A stretch of 64,000 bases of DNA from Candidatus Omnitrophota bacterium (GTDB taxonomy: Bacteria > Omnitrophota > Gorgyraeia > Duberdicusellales > 4484-171), in contig JAQUWY010000004.1 in assembly GCA_028692655.1 (NCBI GenBank), forward strand, positions 933 through 64,932, read 5' to 3'. The translations under genes were made by a program, and so were the position numbers. Every line of letters starts with the position of its first letter. The first letter of the stretch is position 1. The notes beneath the pieces were generated by a model. That model ran no database searches. It was not told the DNA's origin and saw nothing but the letters and a program-made list of their open reading frames with translations. Shown here one piece after another: positions 30,204 to 40,745 of the stretch.

Positions 30204-32228
30204 ATGCATAATAATAAATATGTAATAGGAATCGGCTGTATAGGAAGCGGCGTGGGCCAGGCAATTATTGATTCATTGCGGCTGTCCAGGCTACCTCTCA
30301 GAACAGTCGGGCTGGGAACTAATCCGTTTGCTTATGGAGCCTATGATTGCGATACTTACGACTACGTTAAGAGTATATACGATAAAGGATTTATAGATAA
30401 TTTAATTTCTAAGTGCCTTCAGCATAAAATAGATTTTATTATTCCCGGCATGGAAGATGAAGTTCTGTTGTGTGCTAAGAATGCCCATAAATTTAAGGAT
30501 GCCAAAATAAAGGCAATAGTTTCTGATGAAGCGTTAATATCTATTTGCGTAGATAAAGAGAAAATGGGTAAAGAGCTAAGTAAAATTTGCGATGTATTTG
30601 TTAAGAATTACAATAAAGAAACGATAGAACAGGATATTAAAAACAGAGAAGTTTCTTTTCCTCTTATTGCTAAGCCGCGTGCAGGATACGCATCCAAAGG
30701 GATTGAAATTGTCAGAAGTTTAGAAGATTTAGCAAGGATAACCGATGACCACATCATACAAGAGCTTGCTATCCCGGCAGAGGACGATGTAAACTACCAG
30801 TTCTACATGAATCATATAGAAAAAAAACAAAATCCCCAAGTTTCAGAAATTTCTATTCAGCTTGTTTATAGTCCCGAAGGCCAACTAATGGGGCGCATGT
30901 CTTCATATAATAAATTAAAAAATGGTGTACCTATAGAAATAGTGCCATGCAATAATGAATATATCTGGAGCATTGTCGATCAATTAATCCCCACTTTGCT
31001 CAAATTAGGGATGAAGGGGCCGTTAAATATTCAAGGAAGGCTTACGCGGCAAGGTTTTAAAATCTTTGAAATTAACCCCAGGTTTACTGGAATTACCGGA
31101 TTGCGCGCGCTAATGGGTTTTAACGAAGTGGAGGCTTGTGTAAAAGAATGGCTCGGCATCGATAAAGGGAGAAATTTATTAACCCTAAACTATAACCGGT
31201 TTGGAATAAGGCAAGTAGCTGACAAGTCTATTTCTGTTGAAAGAAATAAAGAGGTGGAATCACTTTCCGTGAAATTAAACGGAAGAAATATCAAGGAGAA
31301 AAAAACAGTTCTTATTACCGGCGCTTGTGGGTATCTCGGGCAAAATCTTATAGCTAAATTATGCAAAGAAAAAATGTTTGAGGTGTGGGCGTTTGATCTT
31401 GATAAAGAAAAAATAAAAATGGTCCACGGGGATAGAACTAAGAATAAGTTTAATAAAGAGGACATTAGTTCCGGAATAATTCAATTAGGGAATGTAGATA
31501 TTTTACTGCATCTGGGGTTTACACGACCATATGGCTTGAGCCAGCAAATCGCCGATAGCCTTAGATTTACAAACGAGTTGTTCTCAAGAGCTGCCTTGCA
31601 CCATATACCAGCTATCATCAATATATCTACACAGAGTGTTTATGGAACAGAAGGCACCTTATCGTTGACAGAAAATACTCCTGTTAACCCTCAGACAATT
31701 TATGCCCAGGCCAAATATGCTACAGAACTATTTCTAGAATCTGCAAAAACAAATTTAAAAACATTATGTTATAGCTCTATAAGGCTTGGGACTCTTGCTG
31801 GAGGAGCAAACGGACTGGTTGAAGTAGATTTTTTGTCGAAGATTGCCAGAAGAGCTCTCAAAGGCGAAACTATTTACATTGTAAGCGGTACACAACGAAC
31901 AGAACGAATCGATATCAGGGACGCAATAGAGGCTATTGTTGCAATGCTAAAAGTAAACCATAGAATATGGAGGCCGGTGTATAATTTAGGTTCAGGCAAA
32001 ACATATAGCCTAAAAGAAATAGCAGAAAAAACAATCAATATCAGTTTGAGATATAACGGGGCAAGAAAATCAAAATTGACTATCGAAAATAAAGAGGCCG
32101 ATATACAGCCAGCTATAGATAGTTCGCTTTTTTATAAGGATATGAATTGGATGCCAAAATTCAGCATTGAAGAGAGCATCGAATCGCTGTTTATTTATTG
32201 GCGGAAATCAGGGTTCCCACAAACATGA
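30204..32228 (+). CDS. fusion protein: N-terminal ATP-grasp ligase domain plus C-terminal NAD-dependent epimerase/dehydratase (SDR) domain
   Basis: The ATP-grasp core (LIAKPRAGYASKGIEIV...FEINPRFTG) occupies about residues 1-340. The Rossmann motif VLITGACGYLGQNL starts the C-terminal 300 aa or so. Confidence 0.7.
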   Translation: MHNNKYVIGIGCIGSGVGQAIIDSLRLSRLPLRTVGLGTNPFAYGAYDCDTYDYVKSIYDKGFIDNLISKCLQHKIDFIIPGMEDEVLLCAKNAHKFKDAKIKAIVSDEALISICVDKEKMGKELSKICDVFVKNYNKETIEQDIKNREVSFPLIAKPRAGYASKGIEIVRSLEDLARITDDHIIQELAIPAEDDVNYQFYMNHIEKKQNPQVSEISIQLVYSPEGQLMGRMSSYNKLKNGVPIEIVPCNNEYIWSIVDQLIPTLLKLGMKGPLNIQGRLTRQGFKIFEINPRFTGITGLRALMGFNEVEACVKEWLGIDKGRNLLTLNYNRFGIRQVADKSISVERNKEVESLSVKLNGRNIKEKKTVLITGACGYLGQNLIAKLCKEKMFEVWAFDLDKEKIKMVHGDRTKNKFNKEDISSGIIQLGNVDILLHLGFTRPYGLSQQIADSLRFTNELFSRAALHHIPAIINISTQSVYGTEGTLSLTENTPVNPQTIYAQAKYATELFLESAKTNLKTLCYSSIRLGTLAGGANGLVEVDFLSKIARRALKGETIYIVSGTQRTERIDIRDAIEAIVAMLKVNHRIWRPVYNLGSGKTYSLKEIAEKTINISLRYNGARKSKLTIENKEADIQPAIDSSLFYKDMNWMPKFSIEESIESLFIYWRKSGFPQT

Positions 32229-32479
32229 ATTTAAGAAAGGAATTCAACTTATTTGCTCGCCAAACGCTAGGTATATAACAGTTGTTTGAATAAACTTCAG
32301 GATACAACTGGTTACACGCGCTTTCTCAATGTTGTCTTATTGTTCAATATTCCAAGAGGCCTTTTAGGATATTTTGGCTTATGTTAAAAGTATAATTTCA
32401 GTTTACATTGATGATTCCTAACCCGAACTATCATATAGTTTAGTAGTTTAATATTAAACAGCCCGGTATTTGGGTTTAA

Positions 32480-33193
32480 TTATTCCTTAACAACAAATGC
32501 TGTTGGTGTCCACAGCCAAGGCAATGTTCTAATTTTAGAATTAGGGAGCAATTCTTTTATTGCCCTCGTTTCACCGGGGCTTATCTCATGGTTGAAAGAA
32601 TCAAACACAAGAATTCCGCCAGGCGTTATCCGCTCCCAAAAATTACGTAAACAGGACGCTACAATATCATATTGTCCAGCATCAATAATAACCAATTTAA
32701 ATTGCAAGTATGAGTTTGTCTTAAAGAAGGTGCCCAGTTCTGTTTTTAAATCCAATTTATGAATATGGATAATGTTCCCTAGTTGCTGCGCGTTTATCAG
32801 CTTCATTAGTCTTTTGTAGTCTTCTTTGTATGAACCCTTTAGAATATTCGGTTCTTCATTTGTCGAGTCCATACCCAAAAACCAATCAAAGCCGTGGACA
32901 AGCGTCAAACTCTCTGGCTCAAATATCTTTACAATTTTGGCTAGCCCAATGGTCCCAAAACCTTTATGGATCCCTGCTTCTGCTATGTGTCCTGCAACCC
33001 CCAGGCTCATTTTGTATAATTCATAAAGGCCGAGAAAACGTGCGATTGTCATGTGTCCTGCAAAGGAAGGGAAATGGTGTATATAGTCATCAAATACATA
33101 TCCTAAATTCTGCATGGCTTTAAGTCCTTTGTAGTAGGATTTTCGCCGGCTATCAAACTTCATTGATTCATATTTTTGATTAATAGGGTTCAT
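32480..33193 (-). CDS. TylF/MycF/NovP-family class I SAM-dependent O-methyltransferase
   Basis: 237 aa. GHIAEAGIHKGFGTIGLAKIV...VIIDAGQYDIVASCL...GGILVFDSF fits the macrocin-O-methyltransferase family. Confidence 0.55.
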   Translation of the reverse strand: MNPINQKYESMKFDSRRKSYYKGLKAMQNLGYVFDDYIHHFPSFAGHMTIARFLGLYELYKMSLGVAGHIAEAGIHKGFGTIGLAKIVKIFEPESLTLVHGFDWFLGMDSTNEEPNILKGSYKEDYKRLMKLINAQQLGNIIHIHKLDLKTELGTFFKTNSYLQFKLVIIDAGQYDIVASCLRNFWERITPGGILVFDSFNHEISPGETRAIKELLPNSKIRTLPWLWTPTAFVVKE

Positions 33194-33475
33194 AATTAAC
33201 CTCTTTGTAGTTATTGGCAGAAACTATTTTCTAGCTACGGGAAGCTAAAACGATAAGATTTTGTGTCAGAACGAGCTACCTCAAAGCAATGTTTATATTA
33301 TCACTATGATTCTTAAGGTGCAATATGTTTTGTCAAATGGATACTGGCCCAGGAGGCCGAACCAAAAGATATTCCTCACTCAGAAAAATTAGACAGTTCT
33401 ACTGTCACGCGAGCTGTTAGGAAACCTACAAAGTAAATATAGTGAAAATTAATTTACTATAATCGGGTTTGGTGA

Positions 33476-35230
33476 CTATTTGGCTGTGACCCAATATCCT
33501 TGGAGATAAAGTGCATCAATACCGCAATCGAGGAAATCGGTGATCGCATCTTCAGGGGTTAATACCATGGCTCGTCCATGGAGATTGAAGGAAGTGTTTA
33601 ATACTACACCGTAACCCGTTAACTGTTTTAATTCGGCCAATACCGAATAAAGAAAAGGCTCTCCTTTTTTTGTAACAAACTGAGGCCGAGCTGTGCCATT
33701 AATATGCGCTATAGCTTCTAAGGCATGGAGGTGTTCATCCCTAAGTTTGAAAGCTGAGGTCATGTGTTTATTTTGATAAGCGGAAACAAAAAGCCGATTA
33801 CATTCCTCAGCTAGCATACTTGGACAAAACGGCTGAAAGCTTTCCCGCCGTTTGATGTGGCCGTTAATACGATTTTTAATTGCTATCCCGCCAGCCGCGT
33901 TAGCCAGAAGAGAGCGATGCCCTAAGGCTCGCGGACCCCATTCTTGTGGCCCCCGGAAAAGAGCCAATATCTTATTATTGAAGATGTGTTTAGCGATACG
34001 TTTTTCACCGTCGGTAATTTTTTCAAATTTAATTTTGTTTCGTTTTGTTTCCAATGCAGACAAAATCTGGTTTTCGGAATAAGACGGTCCCCAAAAAGGC
34101 ATATCATGTTCCTTGATCCAATCGAGATTTTCACCTGCTTCAAGTGCGGCTAAGTAGGCTGCTCCTTGTGCGCTGCCGGAATCGTTCATTGCTGGCATAA
34201 TAAAAATTTGTTCAAAGCCGGCTCGCTCGAAAATAGCTTGATTCATGCTAACATTCCCAAAAATTCCGCCGGCGCACGCTACTTTTCCGCCAAGTTGGTT
34301 ACGCACAGCACGCATATATTCAACTGCTTTATCTTCTAGAAAGGCTTGTATTGTAGCAGCAAAATTCTCTCGGCCTAGCTGATCGCGAAGCGCTGTGAGA
34401 GTGTGTATATTCCAATATTTCAGTAGATAGTTTTCTTTACCTACAATGCTTAAATTTGGCGTAATAGCATATCCCTGCATGAGAGCGTCATATAATTTAG
34501 CACTGGGTGTTCCAAAAGAAGCCAACGCTTCAACTTTGCCTTCGTCCGCGTTGGGGTAATAACCAAGCAAGCGGGTTGCGTTAGCGTAAAGATAACCCCA
34601 TGTCCAGCGCAAATCAGATTTAGCATGTTGTATAACCTTGCCATTTCGTGCATGAAAGACTTTGCTGAAACAGCCATCTCCATAGCCATCCAGCGTTACA
34701 ATGGCACAATCATCAAAGCCGCAATGAAGGTAAGCGCCGACAGCATGACAAGTATGGTGATCATGCAGAGTAATTTTTTTAACCCACGGGAGACGGTTGG
34801 AATTTAATTTTAGCCATGCAGCATCCGTGATTTTTTGATGGCGTATTAAATCAGATTCGGTCAAGGATAAAAATTCCAACCAGCCTTTAACCACATTAGT
34901 TATTTTTGGATCTAGCCTGGAAATCCGTTCCAGTTTCTCTTTGCTCGAGATTAAAGGGTTTCTAAGAATCTCTCGGGCAGGATGTTCTTCAAGGCCAAAA
35001 ACGATTGGCAGCACTTGTCTTAAGCCCTGCAATTCGCTACAGCTGCCAAACGAAAAATGCAATGTATCAAATTTCCGTAAATAATCACCCATTAATGCAA
35101 TATGCCCGCTGTCTCGTTTGATTCGAGTGACACGTTCTAAAGCCAACCCAAATAATGTTTTTGAACTGACGTCAACAATAAAAAGACTTGCATCATGGTG
35201 AACTGGTTTGCACCCGGCGTATCGGCTCAT
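33476..35230 (-). CDS. NodU/CmcH/NovN-family carbamoyltransferase
   Basis: 584 aa with N-terminal HHDASLF and DHHTCHAVGAY motifs and the C-terminal carbamoyltransferase domain. Confidence 0.75.
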   Translation of the reverse strand: MSRYAGCKPVHHDASLFIVDVSSKTLFGLALERVTRIKRDSGHIALMGDYLRKFDTLHFSFGSCSELQGLRQVLPIVFGLEEHPAREILRNPLISSKEKLERISRLDPKITNVVKGWLEFLSLTESDLIRHQKITDAAWLKLNSNRLPWVKKITLHDHHTCHAVGAYLHCGFDDCAIVTLDGYGDGCFSKVFHARNGKVIQHAKSDLRWTWGYLYANATRLLGYYPNADEGKVEALASFGTPSAKLYDALMQGYAITPNLSIVGKENYLLKYWNIHTLTALRDQLGRENFAATIQAFLEDKAVEYMRAVRNQLGGKVACAGGIFGNVSMNQAIFERAGFEQIFIMPAMNDSGSAQGAAYLAALEAGENLDWIKEHDMPFWGPSYSENQILSALETKRNKIKFEKITDGEKRIAKHIFNNKILALFRGPQEWGPRALGHRSLLANAAGGIAIKNRINGHIKRRESFQPFCPSMLAEECNRLFVSAYQNKHMTSAFKLRDEHLHALEAIAHINGTARPQFVTKKGEPFLYSVLAELKQLTGYGVVLNTSFNLHGRAMVLTPEDAITDFLDCGIDALYLQGYWVTAK

Positions 35231-35531
35231 ATGTATAATTTAATTATTTTATTTAGGGTTTACAATACGAAAGTTATTTATTCTATTCCCACCTTTTAAG
35301 TGGATACTTGCTAATTAAACAGTATTATTATCGCTTAAAGCATCATTGTGGCAGAATATAACATATCATAGTTTTTCTTTGGTTTACTGGCAATACCAGT
35401 ATAAACAAATTTTAATATCATTTTTTACTAAAGATGGCTGCAACTATATGTCGATCGCGTGTAATAGTATTACTAATAATAAATTCTGTCAATAGTTAAA
35501 ATGGCGAAAACTATCAAAAAGAGAGGTGCCT

Positions 35532-35654
35532 ATGAGTATTTTACAAAAACAACTATATATTATAATGTTGCAAATCAAGTCTATGTTTTATCTGATTTTC
35601 AACTGCTCTAAGGAAAAGGCTTGTGATTCCAATAATTGTGGTTTACTATACTAA
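35532..35654 (+). CDS. possible small ORF (40 aa) with a Cys-rich C-terminus, upstream of a radical SAM/SPASM gene
   Basis: ATG preceded by AAAGAGAGGTG. MSILQKQLYIIMLQIKSMFYLIFNCSKEKACDSNNCGLLY. Speculative. Confidence 0.2.
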   Translation: MSILQKQLYIIMLQIKSMFYLIFNCSKEKACDSNNCGLLY

Positions 35655-35881
35655 GTATATTAACCGGTCCAGATATTTAAAAATATAAAAGAAGTTAATA
35701 CAGGTCAAACGGCATTAAGGCATGCCGGAAAACATTTCGATTTTAATTAAACAGAAATGGGCAAAAATCAGCGCATATTAAAGAAGTTTTATTAAGTGGG
35801 GATTGCCACACTATGGTGATCTTGGGAGTATAAGTTTAAAAAAGCGGAAGGTGTAGAAAGTTGCAGATCCTCATTTTGTAA

Positions 35882-36933
35882 ATGGATAATCTACTAGCGA
35901 AATACAAAAGGATTAAAAAGTATACCAGAGGCATTATGGGCCATAGGCAGTGGTTTTGGAATGCAGCCGCTAAGGGCGTAGTATTGTTTTTGACGAACAG
36001 GTGTAATTCAAAATGCAGAATTTGCGGTATTTGGCAAGAGGAACCTAAAAAGGATATGCCTGTGGACATGGTGAAGTCTCTCTTAAAAAGCAGGCTTATC
36101 ATACCGGAGCATACTGTGTTTGTTATCCAAGGAGGAGAGGCTATATTGCACCCACGCTGCGGAGAGATATTAACAGCTATTCAAAAAAAGGTTTTAGTTA
36201 TACATTGCTTTCCAATGGGCTCGATAGTCACAAGTTGGTAGAGTTTGTTGAAAAATTCAGCATAAAGAATGTAAACTTGTCTTTGGATGGCCGTCCATCA
36301 ACGTATATGAACGTAAGAGGCGTGGATGGATACGATTCCGTTATAAAATCAATCGAGGAACTAAAAAAAAGAAAAGTGGCAGTAACGATAGCGTATACTG
36401 TTAATCCGTGGAATCGCCGGGAGGACTATACTCATATTCTGGGAATAGTCAAAAGATATGCTATTGGCCTGAGGACAGTTATATATGAAGACGCGAAAGT
36501 CTTTAACGTAGATTTTAAAGGGCGTGTTTTGTGTGACATTCCAGATTTAATGAAAAATGATTTAGAGCAAAAGTTTGTTTTGCTTTATAAAAAATGGCTG
36601 GAAGGCATGAAAATACCGTGCATGAGCATATTTGACAATACTTTTATAATGCCAAACGGTGACGTGCGACTGTGTCATGGCAGTGAGGTAGTATTGGGTA
36701 ATTTGTCAAAGGAGCTATTCGATTCTATATGGACATCAAAGAAGACAAAAAGAATCTTAAAGCAGCACATATTATGTAATAAATGCTACACTTACTGTCA
36801 TAGGAAGTTCGATATTTCTATACTTAATATTCTAAAATTTCTACCCACATTTATTTTAGAAAAGCTTTTTAAAGGTGACGTTAAGCTAATCATAGACGAA
36901 ATTAAACGCAAGGAAAGCGTTCCCTCCCGTTAA
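35882..36933 (+). pseudogene. radical SAM / SPASM-domain protein, frameshifted at an A7 run (36183-36189)
   Basis: Cx3Cx2C motif CNSKCRIC and GGEAILH in the first frame. The downstream frame continues with LLSNGLDS and the SPASM cysteines (CMSIF...CHG...CNKCYTYC). One extra A would fuse the frames, giving ...AIQKKGFSYTLLSNG.... Confidence 0.75.
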
Positions 36934-37229
36934 ACGGAAGCCTCACTTATTAACACTGTATTAGCTCAGGAGGAGCGGTTATCTTTTGCAAAATTTAGCT
37001 TGACCAGCGGTGCATATTAAAGGTAAAATTCAGACAGTAGCAGCTTTAGTAAGCTATAAAATTTAATCTCTCGGAATAAATCCCCGGGCTTTAGCCCGTG
37101 GGATGAATGTAATTGTAATTTTTTACTCGGGAGCAAGGCCATGTATCAAGACTGTAGAGGCCTTACAAGGGATGGATTTAAATATGTAAAACAGGAATTT
37201 GAGTAAATTGAGGATTTTAGAATTAAAAT

Positions 37230-38654
37230 ATGCAACGGAACTTAGTTTTTTTGAAAAGCGTATTTGCTGAAAATAGCAAGGTAACCAAACTAGATTCATT
37301 TTTTAGGTGGTTTAATATTCAGAAGGAGAATGTCGACGTCGAAGTAAACAAAATCCCCTTTAATGATTTAGGCTTGTGGTATTTTGACGCTCAGACAAAA
37401 GCTTTAAAGCATCGAAGCAATAAATTTTTCTCAATAGAAGGCATTCGCGTAGAAACAAATTATGGAAAAATACCTAAATGGGACCAACCAATTATTAATC
37501 AACCCGAAATAGGTTACCTGGGACTCATTGCAAAAGAGTTCGATGGGGTTTTACATTTTTTAATTCAAGCCAAGGTAGAACCCGGTAATATAAACTACGT
37601 ACAACTATCGCCGACTTTACAGGCAACTCGCAGTAACTATACTCAGGTACATAGCGGAAAGAAGCCGTTATATTTAGAATATTTTAAAAACGCTAAACCC
37701 CAAGATATTTTACTGGATCAATTGCAGTCAGAGCAAGGCGCTAGGTTTATTAAAAAACGCAATCGAAATTTAATTATAAAGGTCGATAAAGATATACCAG
37801 TTTACGACCATTTTGTCTGGGTGACATTAAAGCAAATTAAAAAGCTGTTACGGTTTGACAACCTTGTCAATATGGACACTAGAGCCGTTATTTCCGGAAT
37901 TACTTTTGGCTATTTCGAGCCGCAGGTAATTAATTTTTTTACTTTTCTTTACAATTCTAATAAAAACCCTATTAACAAAGCATTTCTAAAGTCAGCATTA
38001 CCAAGCAACAGCTCAGTTAATAGCCTCGAAGATATCATTCACTATATCACACAGCTAAAAAGTACTCTCAACCTTAAAATTACCAATATCCCACTTGATC
38101 AGTTAAAAAATTGGACGTTGGGTGAAAACGAAATTTACCATAATGAGCATAAGTACTTTAAAGTATTGGCTATCGATGTAAAGGTAAAAGGACGTGAAAT
38201 AACAAAATGGAGCCAGCCTATGGTTAAACCTGTTCAGGAAGGGTTATGTGCCTTTGTTTGTAAAGAAATTAATGGTTTGCTTCATTTTGTTGTCCAAATC
38301 AAACTAGAGTGCGGGAATTATGACATTGTCGAGCTTGCACCAACGGTACAATGTCTTACGGGGGATTATCCTCTCGCGAGGGAAGGGAAGCTCCCTTTTA
38401 TTGATTATGTATTAAAAGCTAAGCCGGAACAAATTATTTATAATGTTTTGCAGTCAGAAGAAGGAGGCAGATTTTTTAACGAGCAAAACCGGAATATGAT
38501 TGTATTAGCTAACGACGAAGTGTCAAATGAACTTCCGCCAAACTATATCTGGGTAACTTTAAGTCAGCTGCAAACTTTTTTAAAATTCAACAATTACTTG
38601 AATGTTCAAGCCCGTAGTTTGATTTCAGCTATTTCATTTTATAATGAAAGCTAA
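37230..38654 (+). CDS. NDP-hexose 2,3-dehydratase (duplicated-domain EvaA/TylX3/Gra-Orf27 family)
   Basis: 474 aa with an internal duplication (WDQPIINQPEIGYLGLIAKEFDGVLHFLIQAKVEPGN / WSQPMVKPVQEGLCAFVCKEINGLLHFVVQIKLECGN) characteristic of this family. Confidence 0.75.
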   Translation: MQRNLVFLKSVFAENSKVTKLDSFFRWFNIQKENVDVEVNKIPFNDLGLWYFDAQTKALKHRSNKFFSIEGIRVETNYGKIPKWDQPIINQPEIGYLGLIAKEFDGVLHFLIQAKVEPGNINYVQLSPTLQATRSNYTQVHSGKKPLYLEYFKNAKPQDILLDQLQSEQGARFIKKRNRNLIIKVDKDIPVYDHFVWVTLKQIKKLLRFDNLVNMDTRAVISGITFGYFEPQVINFFTFLYNSNKNPINKAFLKSALPSNSSVNSLEDIIHYITQLKSTLNLKITNIPLDQLKNWTLGENEIYHNEHKYFKVLAIDVKVKGREITKWSQPMVKPVQEGLCAFVCKEINGLLHFVVQIKLECGNYDIVELAPTVQCLTGDYPLAREGKLPFIDYVLKAKPEQIIYNVLQSEEGGRFFNEQNRNMIVLANDEVSNELPPNYIWVTLSQLQTFLKFNNYLNVQARSLISAISFYNES

Positions 38655-39633
38655 AACTATAAATATAGGAGTTATCGGTTGCGCCGATATTGCAGAGAGA
38701 TTTGTAATACCGGCCATTAAAAATTTAACCGACCAATATAAATTAGTTGGTGTTGCAAGCCGGGATCAAGCCAAAGCCTTGCAGTCTGCTGTTAAATTTA
38801 GTCTTCAACCTTACTGTGGCTATAATTCATTACTGGAATCGGGGCAGATAGATGCCGTTTATATACCTTTGCCTAGCGCATTGCACCAAGAATGGGCCGG
38901 AAAAGCATTAAAGCTTGGTTTGCATGTATTAGTAGAAAAGTCCTTGGCTTGCAGTTACAAAGAAGTCCAGTGGCTTAACCAACTGGCTAAAAATGAAGGA
39001 TTGGTTTTGATCGAAAACTTTCAATTCCGTTTTCATAGTCAACTAGCTATAATTAGCAAAATGCTTTCCGGAGGGGTTATAGGAGAATTAAGATGTTTGA
39101 GGAGCTCCTTTGGTTTCCCACTATCTCCTGATCCTGGAAATATCCGTTATCAAAAGAATCTTGGAGGAGGTGCTTTGTTTGATGCAGGTGCATACCCAAT
39201 CAAAATTGCCCAGCATTTTCTTGGCTTGAATCTTTCTGTTGAAGCAGCAAATCTTACATTTGACCATATAAATGAGGTAGATATATGGGGAGGAGCATAT
39301 CTTAAACAAAATAACGGAAAGCTTTTTGCAGAGATTGCTTTTGGTTTTGATAACTATTATCAATGCAGTATAGAATTGTGGGGCAGTAAAGGTACTCTTT
39401 GTGCAAAGCGTATTTTTACCGCACCCCCAGGACATTTTCCCGAAATAATTCTTGAAACGGTAAAGGGTATAGAGACAATACGGCTTCAACCCGATCACCA
39501 TTTTAAAAATATATTAAGACATTTTTATCAGCTTATTATTAACCCTAAAAGTTTAGAGGAAGAATATCGGCAAAATGAAAATCAAGCTAGGCTTATTGAA
39601 GAATTACGAATAAAAGCTTATGAGAAACAATAA
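38644..39633 (+). CDS. Gfo/Idh/MocA-family NAD(P)-dependent oxidoreductase (candidate sugar 3-ketoreductase)
   Basis: N-terminal Rossmann IGVIGCADIAERFVIPAI and the family layout. It sits between the 2,3-dehydratase and an aminotransferase. Confidence 0.75.
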   Translation: MKAKTINIGVIGCADIAERFVIPAIKNLTDQYKLVGVASRDQAKALQSAVKFSLQPYCGYNSLLESGQIDAVYIPLPSALHQEWAGKALKLGLHVLVEKSLACSYKEVQWLNQLAKNEGLVLIENFQFRFHSQLAIISKMLSGGVIGELRCLRSSFGFPLSPDPGNIRYQKNLGGGALFDAGAYPIKIAQHFLGLNLSVEAANLTFDHINEVDIWGGAYLKQNNGKLFAEIAFGFDNYYQCSIELWGSKGTLCAKRIFTAPPGHFPEIILETVKGIETIRLQPDHHFKNILRHFYQLIINPKSLEEEYRQNENQARLIEELRIKAYEKQ

Positions 39634-40705
39634 GCCAATTTTTGTCACTAAGCCTTCATTAGCACCGTTAAAGGAATACACAAAAATCCTTAAAGAGGTT
39701 TGGAGAAGAGGCGTACTTACGCACAATGGCCCTCTAGTCCAGTCATTAGAGGAAAAAATATGCAGGAAGTTTGGCCTTAACTATTTTGTAGCGGTTTCCA
39801 ATGGTACCATCGCTCTTCAGATGGCCATTAAGGCCTTGAAACTAAAAGGTGAAATAATCACCACTCCCTTTACATGGATAGCAACAATAAGCGCTATTAA
39901 ATGGCAAGGATGCCAGCCGGTTTTTTGTGATATCGATAGGCATACTTTAAATATTGACCCAGCTAAGATAGAATCTTTGATTACACCTTTGACAACGGCG
40001 ATACTTCCAGTGCATGTTTTTGGTAATCCTTGCGATATAGAAGGAGTAGAAGCTGTAGCTAAGAAGCATAAACTAAAAGTCATTTACGATGCCGCTCATG
40101 CGGTAGGCTCGACCTATAAAGGCAAAAGTATACTTAAATACGGCGATATTTCAGCTATCAGCTTTCACGCAACAAAGTTAATGAATACTGCCGAAGGCGG
40201 AGGATGTGTTGCAAAAAATCGAAAACTTTACGAAAAATTAAAATGTATTCGTTTTTTCGGCTATAATGACCAAAAGAATATGGTAGAGGAAGGGTTTAAC
40301 GGCAAGATGACTGAAGTTCATGCTGGGCTAGGCTTAGCTAATCTAAGATATTACAATAAGGTGCTTTCCGACAGAAAACATAAGTGTTTGTACTATCGCC
40401 AAAAGCTTTCTTCTCTAAAGTTTATTTCGTTTCAAGAATGTAAAACAAACGAGACAAATTACTCTTATTTCCCGGTTATATTTGATTCCGAAAAGAGACT
40501 TATCGCGGTTAAAAAAAAGCTGAATGCCAAAAGAATATTCCCTCGAAGGTATTTCTTCCCTTCAGTAAATACTTACACGAAGAACGATAACTATCGGCCA
40601 GCTCCTATTTCTGAAAGTATATCCAAGAGAATTTTATGTTTGCCTTTATACTGGGAGCTAAAAGTTGATGAAATGAAAAAAATTATAAAACTAATTTCTA
40701 AGTAG
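39620..40705 (+). CDS. DegT/DnrJ/EryC1/StrS-family PLP-dependent sugar aminotransferase (second copy)
   Basis: 361 aa. DAAHAVGS and SFHATKLMNTAEGG. Paralogous to 27976..29118. Confidence 0.85.
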   Translation: MRNNKPIFVTKPSLAPLKEYTKILKEVWRRGVLTHNGPLVQSLEEKICRKFGLNYFVAVSNGTIALQMAIKALKLKGEIITTPFTWIATISAIKWQGCQPVFCDIDRHTLNIDPAKIESLITPLTTAILPVHVFGNPCDIEGVEAVAKKHKLKVIYDAAHAVGSTYKGKSILKYGDISAISFHATKLMNTAEGGGCVAKNRKLYEKLKCIRFFGYNDQKNMVEEGFNGKMTEVHAGLGLANLRYYNKVLSDRKHKCLYYRQKLSSLKFISFQECKTNETNYSYFPVIFDSEKRLIAVKKKLNAKRIFPRRYFFPSVNTYTKNDNYRPAPISESISKRILCLPLYWELKVDEMKKIIKLISK

Positions 40706-40745
40706 AGGTGTGTTATATTAAATTGCTAACATTTTGTGTAAAGCT

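Noticed and set aside
37000-37028. TTGACC-18-TAAAAT promoter-like match about 200 bp upstream of the 2,3-dehydratase gene
   Set aside because: The AT-rich context makes chance matches likely. No supporting feature was found, so it is not annotated.
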